Positions 1 to 9,426 of a DNA stretch of 64,000 bases are shown piece by piece. A program made the translations under genes and the position numbers. The notes beneath the pieces were generated by a model. That model had not been told where the DNA came from, searched no databases, and saw only the letters and a program-made list of their open reading frames with translations. The stretch is from Thermotogota bacterium (GTDB lineage Bacteria > Thermotogota > Thermotogae > MWEM01). The DNA lies in NCBI GenBank assembly GCA_035447925.1, contig DAOTHY010000002.1, forward strand, positions 40,248-104,247, given 5' to 3'. Position 1 is the stretch's first letter. Every line of letters begins with the position of its first letter.

Positions 1-1098
1 AACCGCTTCTTTGCCAGCTTTACTTTCTCCAGCTGCTTTGATTTGTATACTCTCATTTGTCAGCAGGCTGGTTTTATTAATCACTGAGTTGTCTTTCGTT
101 TCTTGAGTCATGGAAATCGTGAGTTTCTGATTGCTTAGTTTGTTGTTTTGCGTGTCTAATGTTTTTTTTGTTCTTTCTGTGTGATCTTCCTGTTGATGAT
201 TCCTTTCCTCTTTGACACTATAATCAGTGAAGGTTTTCAAGGGCTGTAAAAACCTTCTATTTGTTGATGTTATCAAGGGCTCATCCTTTTTTTGTGTTTG
301 TACACTGTCCATCGCTTTATGGCTATCCGTTTTTTTCAAATCCAGCACTTTATCCTCAAGATTATCTCTCTCGAGTTTTTGTTGGGATGATTGAGTATTA
401 AAGTTTTTAAAAACAAACTTTTCTCCAATAAAGGGTTCTTTTTGGGCATCCTCTTTGGCGCTATGGTTTTTCTGTAAATCAAATAACACAAATCTTTTTA
501 CAATTTCTTTCTTTATTTCCTCGGGTATCTGATCCCAAGCTTTTCCCATTTCTTTAACTCTTAATGATAGTTCAACTAATCGTCGGTTGTATGGTTCAGA
601 ATGATCATAAAGATTGAAACTCTCATTCTTTGTATCTGACTCATTTAAAGTGTGAAAATCATAGTCATCTTTTAATATGGTTTCTATCATTTGAACCAGT
701 TCGTTTGAAATCTTGGCAAATTGCAGGCGCTCATTCTGCGGCATCTGATTGATGATATCCTCGAGCTCTTTTGTTGTTTGATAAGGCAACGAAAGCGAAA
801 AGACGTCCAGTAATTTTCCGCTTATTTTTTTAAGCATTTCTTCGGAAATCTCAATGGGTAAATTCTTGCCAAAAAAAACTTGAATCTTATCCCCTATTTT
901 TATACTTGCTGCATTTCCAGGTTCAATTTTATAAACTTTATCGTTAATAAGCACGCTGATTTCTTTACCTGATTTGGCAATCACCTTGCCCTGATAAGCT
1001 TCTGTTTTTCCTTTGAACTGACTGTTTTTTGAAAAGGCTTGAACAGAAATTGCTGCAGAGGGCTCGTTTGCAATATTCACTGTTTCACCTTCTATCAT
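1..1098 (-). CDS. Hypothetical protein, 3' end beyond window start (ATG at 1098; stop-free reading frame for >360 codons to position 1)
   Basis: Manual reverse-complement translation from ATG at 1098 gives a >360-codon open frame with no stop in AT-rich DNA. Lys/Glu-rich; no recognisable domain. Not in ORF track because it has no stop within the window. Confidence 0.45.
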   Translation of the reverse strand, partial: MIEGETVNIANEPSAAISVQAFSKNSQFKGKTEAYQGKVIAKSGKEISVLINDKVYKIEPGNAASIKIGDKIQVFFGKNLPIEISEEMLKKISGKLLDVFSLSLPYQTTKELEDIINQMPQNERLQFAKISNELVQMIETILKDDYDFHTLNESDTKNESFNLYDHSEPYNRRLVELSLRVKEMGKAWDQIPEEIKKEIVKRFVLFDLQKNHSAKEDAQKEPFIGEKFVFKNFNTQSSQQKLERDNLEDKVLDLKKTDSHKAMDSVQTQKKDEPLITSTNRRFLQPLKTFTDYSVKEERNHQQEDHTERTKKTLDTQNNKLSNQKLTISMTQETKDNSVINKTSLLTNESIQIKAAGESKAGKEAV

Positions 1099-1116
1099 GA
1101 AGCTATCTATTTATCG

Positions 1117-1518
1117 TCATTTAAAGCACCTACTAAAGAGTAAGCCGAGCCTCTCCCACTCCTGCTTTATAAATAAATAACCAATTAAGGTTTCAAATGC
1201 CGTTGAGTATCGATAATCATAGTCATTTCCTCTTTTTTTTGCCCCTCTTGAGTTAAGACCCTTTTTGACTACATTTAGTTCATCATCGGTAAGCATTGAT
1301 TGTATTTGTTCTAAATACAATCTTTGGCCTGAAGCCCTTTTTGACTGAACACCATTCTTGAATGCTTTTGATGTTTTGACTCTTCCATCGCCTATGGAAT
1401 TAAAAGTAGCTATTAGATTAAAAAAAGAATCACCAACAAACGCCAAAATATCCGTGGGTATCTCATCTTTATTGGTCACTAATTTTTGAAATTGAAATAA
1501 ATCCCCTAATTGCTTCAT
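1117..1518 (-). CDS. mrnC: Mini-ribonuclease III (RNase III-family, 23S rRNA maturation type)
   Basis: Small (~133 aa) protein with RNase III catalytic signature (AFVGDSFFNLI ~ AYIGDAxxE) and C-terminal ETLIGYLF. ATG at 1518 lies 1 nt after the PilT stop (TGAGATG), suggesting translational coupling. Confidence 0.6.
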   Translation of the reverse strand: MKQLGDLFQFQKLVTNKDEIPTDILAFVGDSFFNLIATFNSIGDGRVKTSKAFKNGVQSKRASGQRLYLEQIQSMLTDDELNVVKKGLNSRGAKKRGNDYDYRYSTAFETLIGYLFIKQEWERLGLLFSRCFK

Positions 1519-1519
1519 C

Positions 1520-2593
1520 TCAGAATGATTGTTGTCCAAATTTCTTCTCCACTTTCTCCAAATCCCTACAAAAGTTCAAAACCATTTCCTTGGAAATAAT
1601 TCCGTTTTCATGCGCATCCAAAAGAGCCTCGTCAAAAGACTTCATGCCGTATTTTTTTCCAGTTTCCATCAAGGTGCCTATTTGATGAAGTTTTTGTTCT
1701 CTGATTAGGTTACGAACACCGGAAGTGGCGATCATGATCTCAGCCACAGGGAAAAAACCTTTATCGTCTTTTCTTTTTACAAGCCGCTGATATAGGACAC
1801 CGATTAGACTATTTGCCAATTGTAAAGTAATTTGCCGTTGTTGATGAGCCGGAAAGACATCCACAATTCTTTCTGGTGCTGTGGGTGCAGAGTTGGTATG
1901 GATGGTTCCAAAGACCAAATGACCCGTTTCTGCTGCAGTTAACGCCAGAGCCATTGTCTCCAAGTCTCTCATTTCACCAACCAGTATGACATCGGGATCC
2001 TGCCTAAGTGCAAACTTCAAACCATCTTTGAAGGAATCCGTATCCAATCCCAATTCTCTTTGATGAATAAGGGCTTTTTTACTTTCAAAAATATATTCTA
2101 TGGGATCTTCTACCGTCAGAATGTGCACATTACTGATCACGTTAATGTGTTCCAACATAGCGGCCATAGAAGTGGATTTACCGCTACCTGTAGGTCCTGC
2201 AACCAAAATAAGCCCGCTTTTCTTTTCACTCCATTCTCTAAGAATGGATGGAAGCATCAAATCGTCCAGTGTTCTAACCTTTTTGGTAATTATTCGAAAT
2301 GCAGCTGCTGGATTTCTTCTTTCATAATAAATATTTGTCCTTACCCTTATGATATCCTGTATTCCAAAAGAGAAATCGTTTTCCTTTTTGTCGGTTTTTT
2401 TTAAGCCTATTTTTTCGTAAAGATAATCAATGCTTTTTTCTAGATCCTCTTTTGTGAAAACCGGCACGTCTTGCAATCTCTGTAATTCCCCAAACACTCT
2501 ATAAACTGGATGTTCTCCTACCGAAAGGTGAACATCAGATGCGTTGAGTTGAAAAGCATGATAGATTAATTTTGGAATATCTAATACCGCCAT
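1520..2593 (-). CDS. pilT: Type IV pilus retraction ATPase PilT/PilU family (twitching motility protein)
   Basis: Walker A GPTGSGKST, Asp box, His box (ETGHLVFGTIHT), ~357 aa, typical PilT length and motif order. Confidence 0.9.
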   Translation of the reverse strand: MAVLDIPKLIYHAFQLNASDVHLSVGEHPVYRVFGELQRLQDVPVFTKEDLEKSIDYLYEKIGLKKTDKKENDFSFGIQDIIRVRTNIYYERRNPAAAFRIITKKVRTLDDLMLPSILREWSEKKSGLILVAGPTGSGKSTSMAAMLEHINVISNVHILTVEDPIEYIFESKKALIHQRELGLDTDSFKDGLKFALRQDPDVILVGEMRDLETMALALTAAETGHLVFGTIHTNSAPTAPERIVDVFPAHQQRQITLQLANSLIGVLYQRLVKRKDDKGFFPVAEIMIATSGVRNLIREQKLHQIGTLMETGKKYGMKSFDEALLDAHENGIISKEMVLNFCRDLEKVEKKFGQQSF

Positions 2594-2597
2594 TTTT

Positions 2598-3461
2598 TCA
2601 CCTCTTTTTCACGATGATTTCTTTATCCTCTAAGCCACCTACTAAAACTAAATCTTCTTTGTGTTCCAGTACGGTAACCCTTTTCTTTGTCTGATTCTCA
2701 AGAACCACTGTTTCGTCAGAAATATAATCACCTGGAATCCAAGCAGCCATTTGTTCAACATAAGAGACGGTTAATTTGCAGGATAATTCATTCAATGATC
2801 TTGAATTCTTCTGGTCAATATCTAAATCCAAAGCTAACAGATACTGACCGTTTTGCTCAATAAACACCATTTCTTTCAATAATCTTTTTTCATTGGTTGG
2901 CATCATTAATAATTCAACATACTGAGCATTTTTCAAAAAAGTCATTTCATTTGAATAAATTTGAATATAAGCCTTGGAACCCTTGGGTACTATTTCAGCT
3001 AATATTGTTCCTTTTGTAACAAAGAGATGTTGGTTGACTTTGAAGCTAATAATATAGCCATCCACCGGAGATTTAATTTTTGTATTCTCAAGCTTTTTTT
3101 CAGCCAACTCTATTGCTTGTTTTTTTTCTTCTTGAATTGCTTTTCCAGAATTAAGGAGTGAAACAGCATACTCATTCTTCGATTTAGCCAATTGATAGGC
3201 TTCTTCTTTGCTTTCCATCTGGATTATGACTGTATCTATTTCAACGTAATTTCCAATGCCCTGATGAATGTCTTCAATGAAGTCATCGGTTGGGGATTTG
3301 ATCAATATTTTTTCAGGAAATACGATTGTTTTTTCCATTTGTATTTCATTGATAAGCTCAAATGTCCGAACGATCATTTTTTGTGGCTTTTGAATGATTA
3401 GTAAAACAACAAAAATACTTAGCACAAAAATCAAGAAAAAAAGAAGGATCATTCTTTTCAA
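2598..3461 (-). CDS. Membrane-fusion / HlyD-like periplasmic adaptor protein (N-terminal TM helix, coiled coil, lipoyl-type hairpin)
   Basis: N-terminal hydrophobic helix, Lys/Glu-rich coiled coil, then lipoyl-hairpin motif 'IKSPVDGYIISFKVNQ...GTILAEIVP' typical of HlyD/RND adaptors. ATGA overlap with the upstream gene. Confidence 0.5.
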   Translation of the reverse strand: MKRMILLFFLIFVLSIFVVLLIIQKPQKMIVRTFELINEIQMEKTIVFPEKILIKSPTDDFIEDIHQGIGNYVEIDTVIIQMESKEEAYQLAKSKNEYAVSLLNSGKAIQEEKKQAIELAEKKLENTKIKSPVDGYIISFKVNQHLFVTKGTILAEIVPKGSKAYIQIYSNEMTFLKNAQYVELLMMPTNEKRLLKEMVFIEQNGQYLLALDLDIDQKNSRSLNELSCKLTVSYVEQMAAWIPGDYISDETVVLENQTKKRVTVLEHKEDLVLVGGLEDKEIIVKKR

Positions 3462-5740
3462 TGTTTATCCCTCAATCCCAATAAACGATAAAACTCTTTA
3501 ATATGCATAATAGTAGCACCAACGCTTTTAGCAATGGGTTCCAAGTGAAAAAAGCCCTCGTCAAATACAGCAATTTCCGGTTTATAAGCCAGTCCATCTC
3601 TTAACTCAAAACCTATCACATCTGAGAGCATTTTGATCTTCAACCATTTCTCCTGATCTTCAGTTAAAACTGATATAATTTTACCAGTTAACTGATTTGT
3701 TAGTTCATTATTTGATGATGGTGATTCAGCCTTAATTTCATCACCTTCTTCTTCTTCTTCTTCAGCTGGCTGCATTGTTAAGTTATTATTTTCTGCGATG
3801 AAATCAGTATGAATACGCTCTTGATTAGCATCATTACCAGTCATCTCATTCTTTTCCTGATTTGATTCTTCTGTGAACCCTTTCTCATCATCATTAATAC
3901 CAAAATAATGCTTGACATCTTCGTCTTCGTTATCCTCTATACTGAATAAATCTGATAGCTCGTTTGAGTCTGATTTCTTTTCATTCATTTCAAAAGTCTC
4001 GCTTTCAGTTTCACCTGTTAAGTTGGTATTTTGCTCCTTTTCATCTGTTGTTGATGCAGAGAGTTCATCAATAAGGAAACTATCAAGAAGTGATGCCCCT
4101 TTTGCCTGTTCATGCGGGGTTTCTGAACGTTCATTCTGCTCTTCAACGGCTTCAGAATAAGAAATATTTTGGATATCAGGCAAAGATTCTTCAAAATCAT
4201 TGAAAGAACCTAAAATGGCTTCTTCTATCAGTTCTCTTAAAGTCTGGTATTGTCTATCATCAATAGGAAGTTTTCTTTTAATGTGATATTGTTCTTCAGT
4301 ATCAGATAACATGAATAAATGAGACAAGTCAATTTTTTTAAGAAAATCATTAAACAGCTCATCTTTTCTGGAATGTGAAAAATATCCCGAATCGATTTTT
4401 GTGGAATCTAAAATCAACAAAAGAAAATGCTTTTCTTTTTTATTCAAATGATGAACTCGATCGATCAATCGTTCTTGTTCATTTTCCATTTTATTCTCTT
4501 CTTCTTTATCACCATATGATTTTGTACTGATCTTTTCCGCAGATTGATTGTTTTCACTTTCTTTATAAATGATTTCATTTAGGAATGTTAAGGGTTCAGA
4601 AGTTTGAGGTTTCTTTTTTTTCTGATTTTCACTTTTAGACTTTTCTTTTAAAATTTTTTCTTTGATCATTTTGGGAATTTCAAGCGGTTTCTGGCGAGTC
4701 TCCTTCTCTTGAAAAGGGTTTTCTATGTCTACTTTATCTGCAATACTATCTTCTTCAGTTTTTACTTTTTGTTCTGCCGAAACCACATAGAGTTTTTCTG
4801 CCTGATCGTCCGCATGATCGACATTGAGTACTTTAACCAATGTAGAAACCTCATTGGTAGTTAAAAATTCAAAATGATGTCGGATAAAACCTTGAGGGTC
4901 TTCGTTAATAATTTGATTTTTTAAACGGGGGATATCCAACCAGTTTTCTGGATAAAAACTGATAAATTGATCACAAACAAAAGGCTTGAATGGATAGATA
5001 TTTTTAACTAAGTTCATGAAAAAAGAAAATTCAGGTGCATTGAAAAATATCTTATACCCTCTTGAATTTTCAATCTCTGATTTAGATAAGATTAATTTAC
5101 CTTTCTCCAATAGAATATAACTCAGTGCTGTGAGGATTATTTTTGCTGGATTATTATCTTGACCTTCCACTTTTTTCGTTTTCAAGATGGACTTCTTGAC
5201 TTCAATGTTTTGATGTATTTGCGTTGGTTCGTGTGAAATATTTTCTAACATATCATTGGATATAGTGATCAATCGTTCAGGAACAAAGAGTTTATAGAGG
5301 TTAAACATAATCGGTACATTTCTAGACCCTTTATCGAATCTGATCAATGGCTGGAACAATTGTTCAATCTTTTTGACCAGCATATCGCTATTTGGATTTT
5401 GTGTCTTTGTTGTCTGAGTAAAAATTGCGAATGTTCCATTTTCGTCAACGATATAGTTTGCGTTGATAAATGAATCCTTCATGATTTGTTCGAAATCACT
5501 TTTATTGATATAAATATTGATATTGTTTTTATTCATTCCCACATTGATTAAATCAATCTCGTTCTGTTCGATTAGGATGTCAATCCATTGAGTCAAAACA
5601 TCCATCAGATCCTTGTTCCCTACTTTTAATCGCTGTTGAATATACTTTAATGTAAAGAATCCCTTTTTGTTTGATAAGATTTTTTCCAAGAGTTCTTTGA
5701 AATGAATTTCATTTGTGTTCATAGCCATTCTCCTCTTCAA
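3458..5740 (-). CDS. Large (760 aa) hypothetical protein with central highly acidic low-complexity region (EEEEEEGDE, D/E/S/N-rich)
   Basis: Long stop-free ORF in the PilT operon. No recognisable catalytic motif; the acidic linker (~aa 520–690) separates N- and C-terminal globular regions. Start may be Met5/Met7. Confidence 0.5.
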   Translation of the reverse strand: MKRRMAMNTNEIHFKELLEKILSNKKGFFTLKYIQQRLKVGNKDLMDVLTQWIDILIEQNEIDLINVGMNKNNINIYINKSDFEQIMKDSFINANYIVDENGTFAIFTQTTKTQNPNSDMLVKKIEQLFQPLIRFDKGSRNVPIMFNLYKLFVPERLITISNDMLENISHEPTQIHQNIEVKKSILKTKKVEGQDNNPAKIILTALSYILLEKGKLILSKSEIENSRGYKIFFNAPEFSFFMNLVKNIYPFKPFVCDQFISFYPENWLDIPRLKNQIINEDPQGFIRHHFEFLTTNEVSTLVKVLNVDHADDQAEKLYVVSAEQKVKTEEDSIADKVDIENPFQEKETRQKPLEIPKMIKEKILKEKSKSENQKKKKPQTSEPLTFLNEIIYKESENNQSAEKISTKSYGDKEEENKMENEQERLIDRVHHLNKKEKHFLLLILDSTKIDSGYFSHSRKDELFNDFLKKIDLSHLFMLSDTEEQYHIKRKLPIDDRQYQTLRELIEEAILGSFNDFEESLPDIQNISYSEAVEEQNERSETPHEQAKGASLLDSFLIDELSASTTDEKEQNTNLTGETESETFEMNEKKSDSNELSDLFSIEDNEDEDVKHYFGINDDEKGFTEESNQEKNEMTGNDANQERIHTDFIAENNNLTMQPAEEEEEEGDEIKAESPSSNNELTNQLTGKIISVLTEDQEKWLKIKMLSDVIGFELRDGLAYKPEIAVFDEGFFHLEPIAKSVGATIMHIKEFYRLLGLRDKH

Positions 5741-6569
5741 AGATTTTGCAAAGATCTTCCAAAGAATCTACGATCAAATCTGGAGAATAGTCAGACTTTT
5801 CCACATCTTCTAATTTCGTTTCACCAGACAAAACCAACACTGACATGATATCGGCATCATTTGCCAATTTGATATCTGTATATAGTCTGTCACCAATAAA
5901 AACCACATCGTCTTTTTTTATTTCTTCTGAAGAAAACGCAAAATCCAACACGCTTGTCGAAGGTTTACCCAGTATTGTTTCAGGTGTGCGGCTGGTGGAG
6001 CGCTCAAACATCGAAATAAATGCTCCCACATCAGGAATCAATCCAATCTCAGAAGGACAATTGATATCAGGATGTGTTGCAATATACGGAACACTCTGAT
6101 TTAAAAAATATGAGAACACAGCAATTTTTTCATAAGTTATCCCCGTATCATATGCGATAACAGCTACATCAATCCTTTTGTCCAAATTTCTTTTGTATGG
6201 TGGAATAACATTGATTCCCATTTTTTTCATTTCTTCAGAAGCCTCGTAATTGCCCAAATAGAGGACTCTTGCTTTTGGAAAATGACGATTTAAAAATGCA
6301 GCGGTCAATCGATTGGATGTGATAATCTCCTCTTCAAAAACCTCTATGCCAAATCCCCTAAGCTTCCTAAAATATTCTGCTTTTGGTTTTGAAGAATTGT
6401 TGGTAAAAAAGAACTTTTTCTTGCCATTCTTTTCAATGACTTTTAGAAACTCAACAGCACCATGAATAATTTGATTGTCGATATAGATAGTACCATCCAT
6501 ATCAAAAAGAAATACTTTTTTTCCTTTTATCGTTTGTAGAACCCAATCATTTTCTTCTGAGTATATCAT
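5709..6569 (-). CDS. HAD-superfamily subfamily IIA hydrolase (NagD/UMP-phosphatase-like)
   Basis: Motif I FDMDGTIY, motif IV GDRLYTDI. Start set at the internal Met (ATG 6569) preceded by AGGAGAG; the ORF-track start at 6623 would overlap the upstream gene. Confidence 0.75.
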   Translation of the reverse strand: MIYSEENDWVLQTIKGKKVFLFDMDGTIYIDNQIIHGAVEFLKVIEKNGKKKFFFTNNSSKPKAEYFRKLRGFGIEVFEEEIITSNRLTAAFLNRHFPKARVLYLGNYEASEEMKKMGINVIPPYKRNLDKRIDVAVIAYDTGITYEKIAVFSYFLNQSVPYIATHPDINCPSEIGLIPDVGAFISMFERSTSRTPETILGKPSTSVLDFAFSSEEIKKDDVVFIGDRLYTDIKLANDADIMSVLVLSGETKLEDVEKSDYSPDLIVDSLEDLCKIFEEENGYEHK

Positions 6570-7968
6570 CAACATCTCTCCTGTTAAGAATAATAAATTG
6601 ATGTTCAAAATTAGATGGATCACTGATCCATTCTTTTACCACTTTTGTCGCCCTGCAGTCATCCTCGTTGTAAATCAACAATGCTTCCAAGTGCTTGCTA
6701 TTTCCGGTATTTAACCATCTTCTATATTCTTGGATAGAACTTCTGCCATCTAATCCAATACGCCATTTAAATCCCAACCATTTAGCAATGGACTTTAAAG
6801 AATAATGCCTTAATGGCGTATAAATATTTCTAATGATGATTTCATAAATATCTATCATTGGTGTTTCAAAAAGGCTTTTCACATATTTGTTATCGATCTT
6901 CCCTTTATTCTCCTTGCCCTGTTGATGCCTTAGCTCAAAAGATAATTCATTCAAAACACGATTTTCATATTCACAATAATGATATAAATTTACCTTAAGG
7001 GTCTCAACATATTTCATGATTGCCCCAATTTGTGAATTCCTGGGATTTTGATCATCTATCAAAAAGTATCGGTAATCTTCATTGGATAAAAAGCCAAACA
7101 AATAAGGTTTATCATCCGCTTCAATATCAAAATAAACACCACTTTTTTGAGCATCTTTAATCAGTTGTTGGGGTTCTGTTAGAAATAGAGCGGTGTCATT
7201 TACATAAGAATAAGCCTGTAGTTTGTATTTTCTGATATTTTTGATTTTGTCTTCCAATTCATTTCTTAAAGGTATCTCCATCAAGTCTCCCAATGTTTCA
7301 ATTCCGTATGTTGATAAAAGAGCCGACATATTCGAACCAATTCCACGAATATGGGATACGGGTAATTTAGATCGGTCATCTACGTTCATCGAATGGCATT
7401 TTTCCCAATATCCGCAAAAATTGCAGATTCTCGTACCAATCGCTTGAGGCGGTTCTTGGGTATTTGCAATTTCATCTATCGTTTCAAAAAAAAGTTGTAG
7501 CCCCTCCTCTTTAATCTTTTGGGTTTTCATGGTTTTTTTTCTTAAAAAAACGACCTGATTGGAAACGGGCAAGCTGTTTATTATTGCTAAAGCAATAAAG
7601 ATCGAAGCAATCACATGGTGGCGTTTACTGGGTCTTCTGGATAAATGGGATAAAACAATTTGATATTTATCCTTTTTTCTAATGAGGGCGTGCACATTTA
7701 TCTTAAAGTAAATACCGTTTATCATACCCTCTAATTGGGGGTTTAATATATCCCCTTCATTGTCAGCAATTCGTTTTGTAATTTCATTATTCTTTTTAGC
7801 ATTAACCCAGGAAATGTTTTTGAAATACTCCTTGACGTTATTGATACGGTCATTTTCGAGGGCATTTTCTACAACGACATATTCTCTTTCATCTTGGAGA
7901 AAAAAATAGAACATTCTCGGACATGTAAACATATAGTAAATTTCATTGTTGCCAATCACTTGATTCAT
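6547..7968 (-). CDS. Putative RecB-family nuclease, TM0106-like (N-terminal Cas4-like PD-(D/E)xK with Cys cluster, C-terminal RNase H-like DEDD-type domain)
   Basis: N-terminal 'FTCPRMFYF' and C-x2-C...C cysteine cluster (NFCGYWEKC) resemble Cas4/RecB 4Fe-4S nucleases. C-terminal 'YFDIEADD' is an RNase H-fold exonuclease motif. ~473 aa matches the TM0106 family size. Confidence 0.5.
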   Translation of the reverse strand: MNQVIGNNEIYYMFTCPRMFYFFLQDEREYVVVENALENDRINNVKEYFKNISWVNAKKNNEITKRIADNEGDILNPQLEGMINGIYFKINVHALIRKKDKYQIVLSHLSRRPSKRHHVIASIFIALAIINSLPVSNQVVFLRKKTMKTQKIKEEGLQLFFETIDEIANTQEPPQAIGTRICNFCGYWEKCHSMNVDDRSKLPVSHIRGIGSNMSALLSTYGIETLGDLMEIPLRNELEDKIKNIRKYKLQAYSYVNDTALFLTEPQQLIKDAQKSGVYFDIEADDKPYLFGFLSNEDYRYFLIDDQNPRNSQIGAIMKYVETLKVNLYHYCEYENRVLNELSFELRHQQGKENKGKIDNKYVKSLFETPMIDIYEIIIRNIYTPLRHYSLKSIAKWLGFKWRIGLDGRSSIQEYRRWLNTGNSKHLEALLIYNEDDCRATKVVKEWISDPSNFEHQFIILNRRDVDDILRRK

Positions 7969-8034
7969 TTAATAAAACACATCCTTCCTATTTGCTTCTC
8001 CGATCTTGAAACTGACCGTAATACTCTCATACAT

Positions 8035-9423
8035 CTATTTTCCCAGACAGAAATCAGAGAATATCGTGTTGATTATGTCTTCATTGTAATCTCTTCCTGT
8101 TAAATCATTTAAAGTATTGATAATATCTCTGATAGTAATGGAAACCGTATCGATGGTATAACCGTTTCTTAAATCGGAAATCGCTTTGATGGTATCTTGA
8201 TAACTGCTTTCTAGAATACTCTTTTGAAGCTTGTTGAAAACCTGTGTTTCGTTGTTGGTTGTAACAAGTTTTTTTGCGTATCGATAAATATATTCTTCTA
8301 ACTCATTAATTCCTATGATGTCTTTAGCTGAAATCTCGTGAATGGCTCCATATTTGATCAATTTTTCCTTTAATTGCTTGGAACATTCGCAATTATCTTT
8401 TTTCAAATCGGTTTTATTGAGTAAAATCAATACTTCTTTACTTTCACGGTATGATTCTTCTAAAAGTTTTATAGACACTTCGTCCAGCATTGAGCCGTGT
8501 TCGAAAATAAAAATGGCAAACGGTGCCGTCTTAAATAAATGCAGTGTTTTCTCTACTCCCAGCGTTTCAACAACATCTTGAGTCTGTCGAATCCCAGCGG
8601 TATCGATGAGGTTAATCAATATACCCTTGATATTTAATTCTGCTTTAATATAATCACGGGTTGTTCCTGGAAGATCTGTTACAATTGCACGGTCTTCATT
8701 CAGTAGTAAATTCATCACCGTTGACTTTCCAACATTTGGAGGACCGAGTATAACCGTATCGATTCCGTTTTTTACACGGATTGAATTTTCAGCATCTTTT
8801 AAAATGCCTTCAATTTCTTCAGAAATGGTATGAAGCAGAGATATGATCTTTTCTGTTTCAACATGCTCAAAAATTTCATCGGGATAATCTAGTTGAACTT
8901 CAATCATTGCAGCAATTTTGGTATATTCTTTTTGAAGTTTTTGAATGAAATGGGAAAGATTTCCTTCAAGTCCTCTTATCAATAATTTGACTCCCGCTTG
9001 AGTCTTAACATTGATTAAATCATTGATGGCCTGTGCTTGTATCAAATCAATTTTCGAATTCAAAAAAGCACGGTATGAGAACTCTCCGGGTAAGGCAATT
9101 TTACAGATATTCATGGTACTTTTTAACACCATCTCGGTGACAATAATTCCTCCATGACAAAAGATTTCCAACATATCCTCACCAGTAAATGAATGAGGAG
9201 AACGGTAAAAACAACATTGGACTTCATCTATCGTTGTTTCATCTGAATCGACCCATTTTCCGTAATACATTTTCCGATGGATCCCACTATCTTTTAAGCT
9301 GCATCTAAAATGTTCTTTGAACACTTCAATCGTTTGCTCACCGGAAATCCTTACAATAGAGATAGCACCTGTAGCCAATGGCGTGGATATTGCAGCTATC
9401 GTATGAGATCGATTGAATGACAT
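8035..9423 (-). CDS. mnmE: tRNA modification GTPase MnmE (TrmE)
   Basis: G1 motif GPPNVGKST, G3 DTAG, C-terminal CLGK tetrapeptide, ~460 aa. Confidence 0.9.
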   Translation of the reverse strand: MSFNRSHTIAAISTPLATGAISIVRISGEQTIEVFKEHFRCSLKDSGIHRKMYYGKWVDSDETTIDEVQCCFYRSPHSFTGEDMLEIFCHGGIIVTEMVLKSTMNICKIALPGEFSYRAFLNSKIDLIQAQAINDLINVKTQAGVKLLIRGLEGNLSHFIQKLQKEYTKIAAMIEVQLDYPDEIFEHVETEKIISLLHTISEEIEGILKDAENSIRVKNGIDTVILGPPNVGKSTVMNLLLNEDRAIVTDLPGTTRDYIKAELNIKGILINLIDTAGIRQTQDVVETLGVEKTLHLFKTAPFAIFIFEHGSMLDEVSIKLLEESYRESKEVLILLNKTDLKKDNCECSKQLKEKLIKYGAIHEISAKDIIGINELEEYIYRYAKKLVTTNNETQVFNKLQKSILESSYQDTIKAISDLRNGYTIDTVSITIRDIINTLNDLTGRDYNEDIINTIFSDFCLGK

Positions 9424-9426
9424 GAT

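Noticed and set aside
2060-2404. Plus-strand ORFs (114 aa and 75 aa) inside pilT
   Set aside because: They are antisense to a strongly conserved PilT coding region and have low-complexity composition. These are typical spurious AT-rich antisense ORFs. The same reasoning was applied to other short antisense ORFs in the track (e.g. 3912–4160, 15354–15608, 26989–27258, 36639–37319, 52160–52397).
3720-3790. ttcttcttcttc… simple repeat
   Set aside because: It lies inside the 760-aa ORF and encodes the poly-Glu stretch of the acidic linker (minus strand GAA repeats). It is coding low complexity, not a repeat element.
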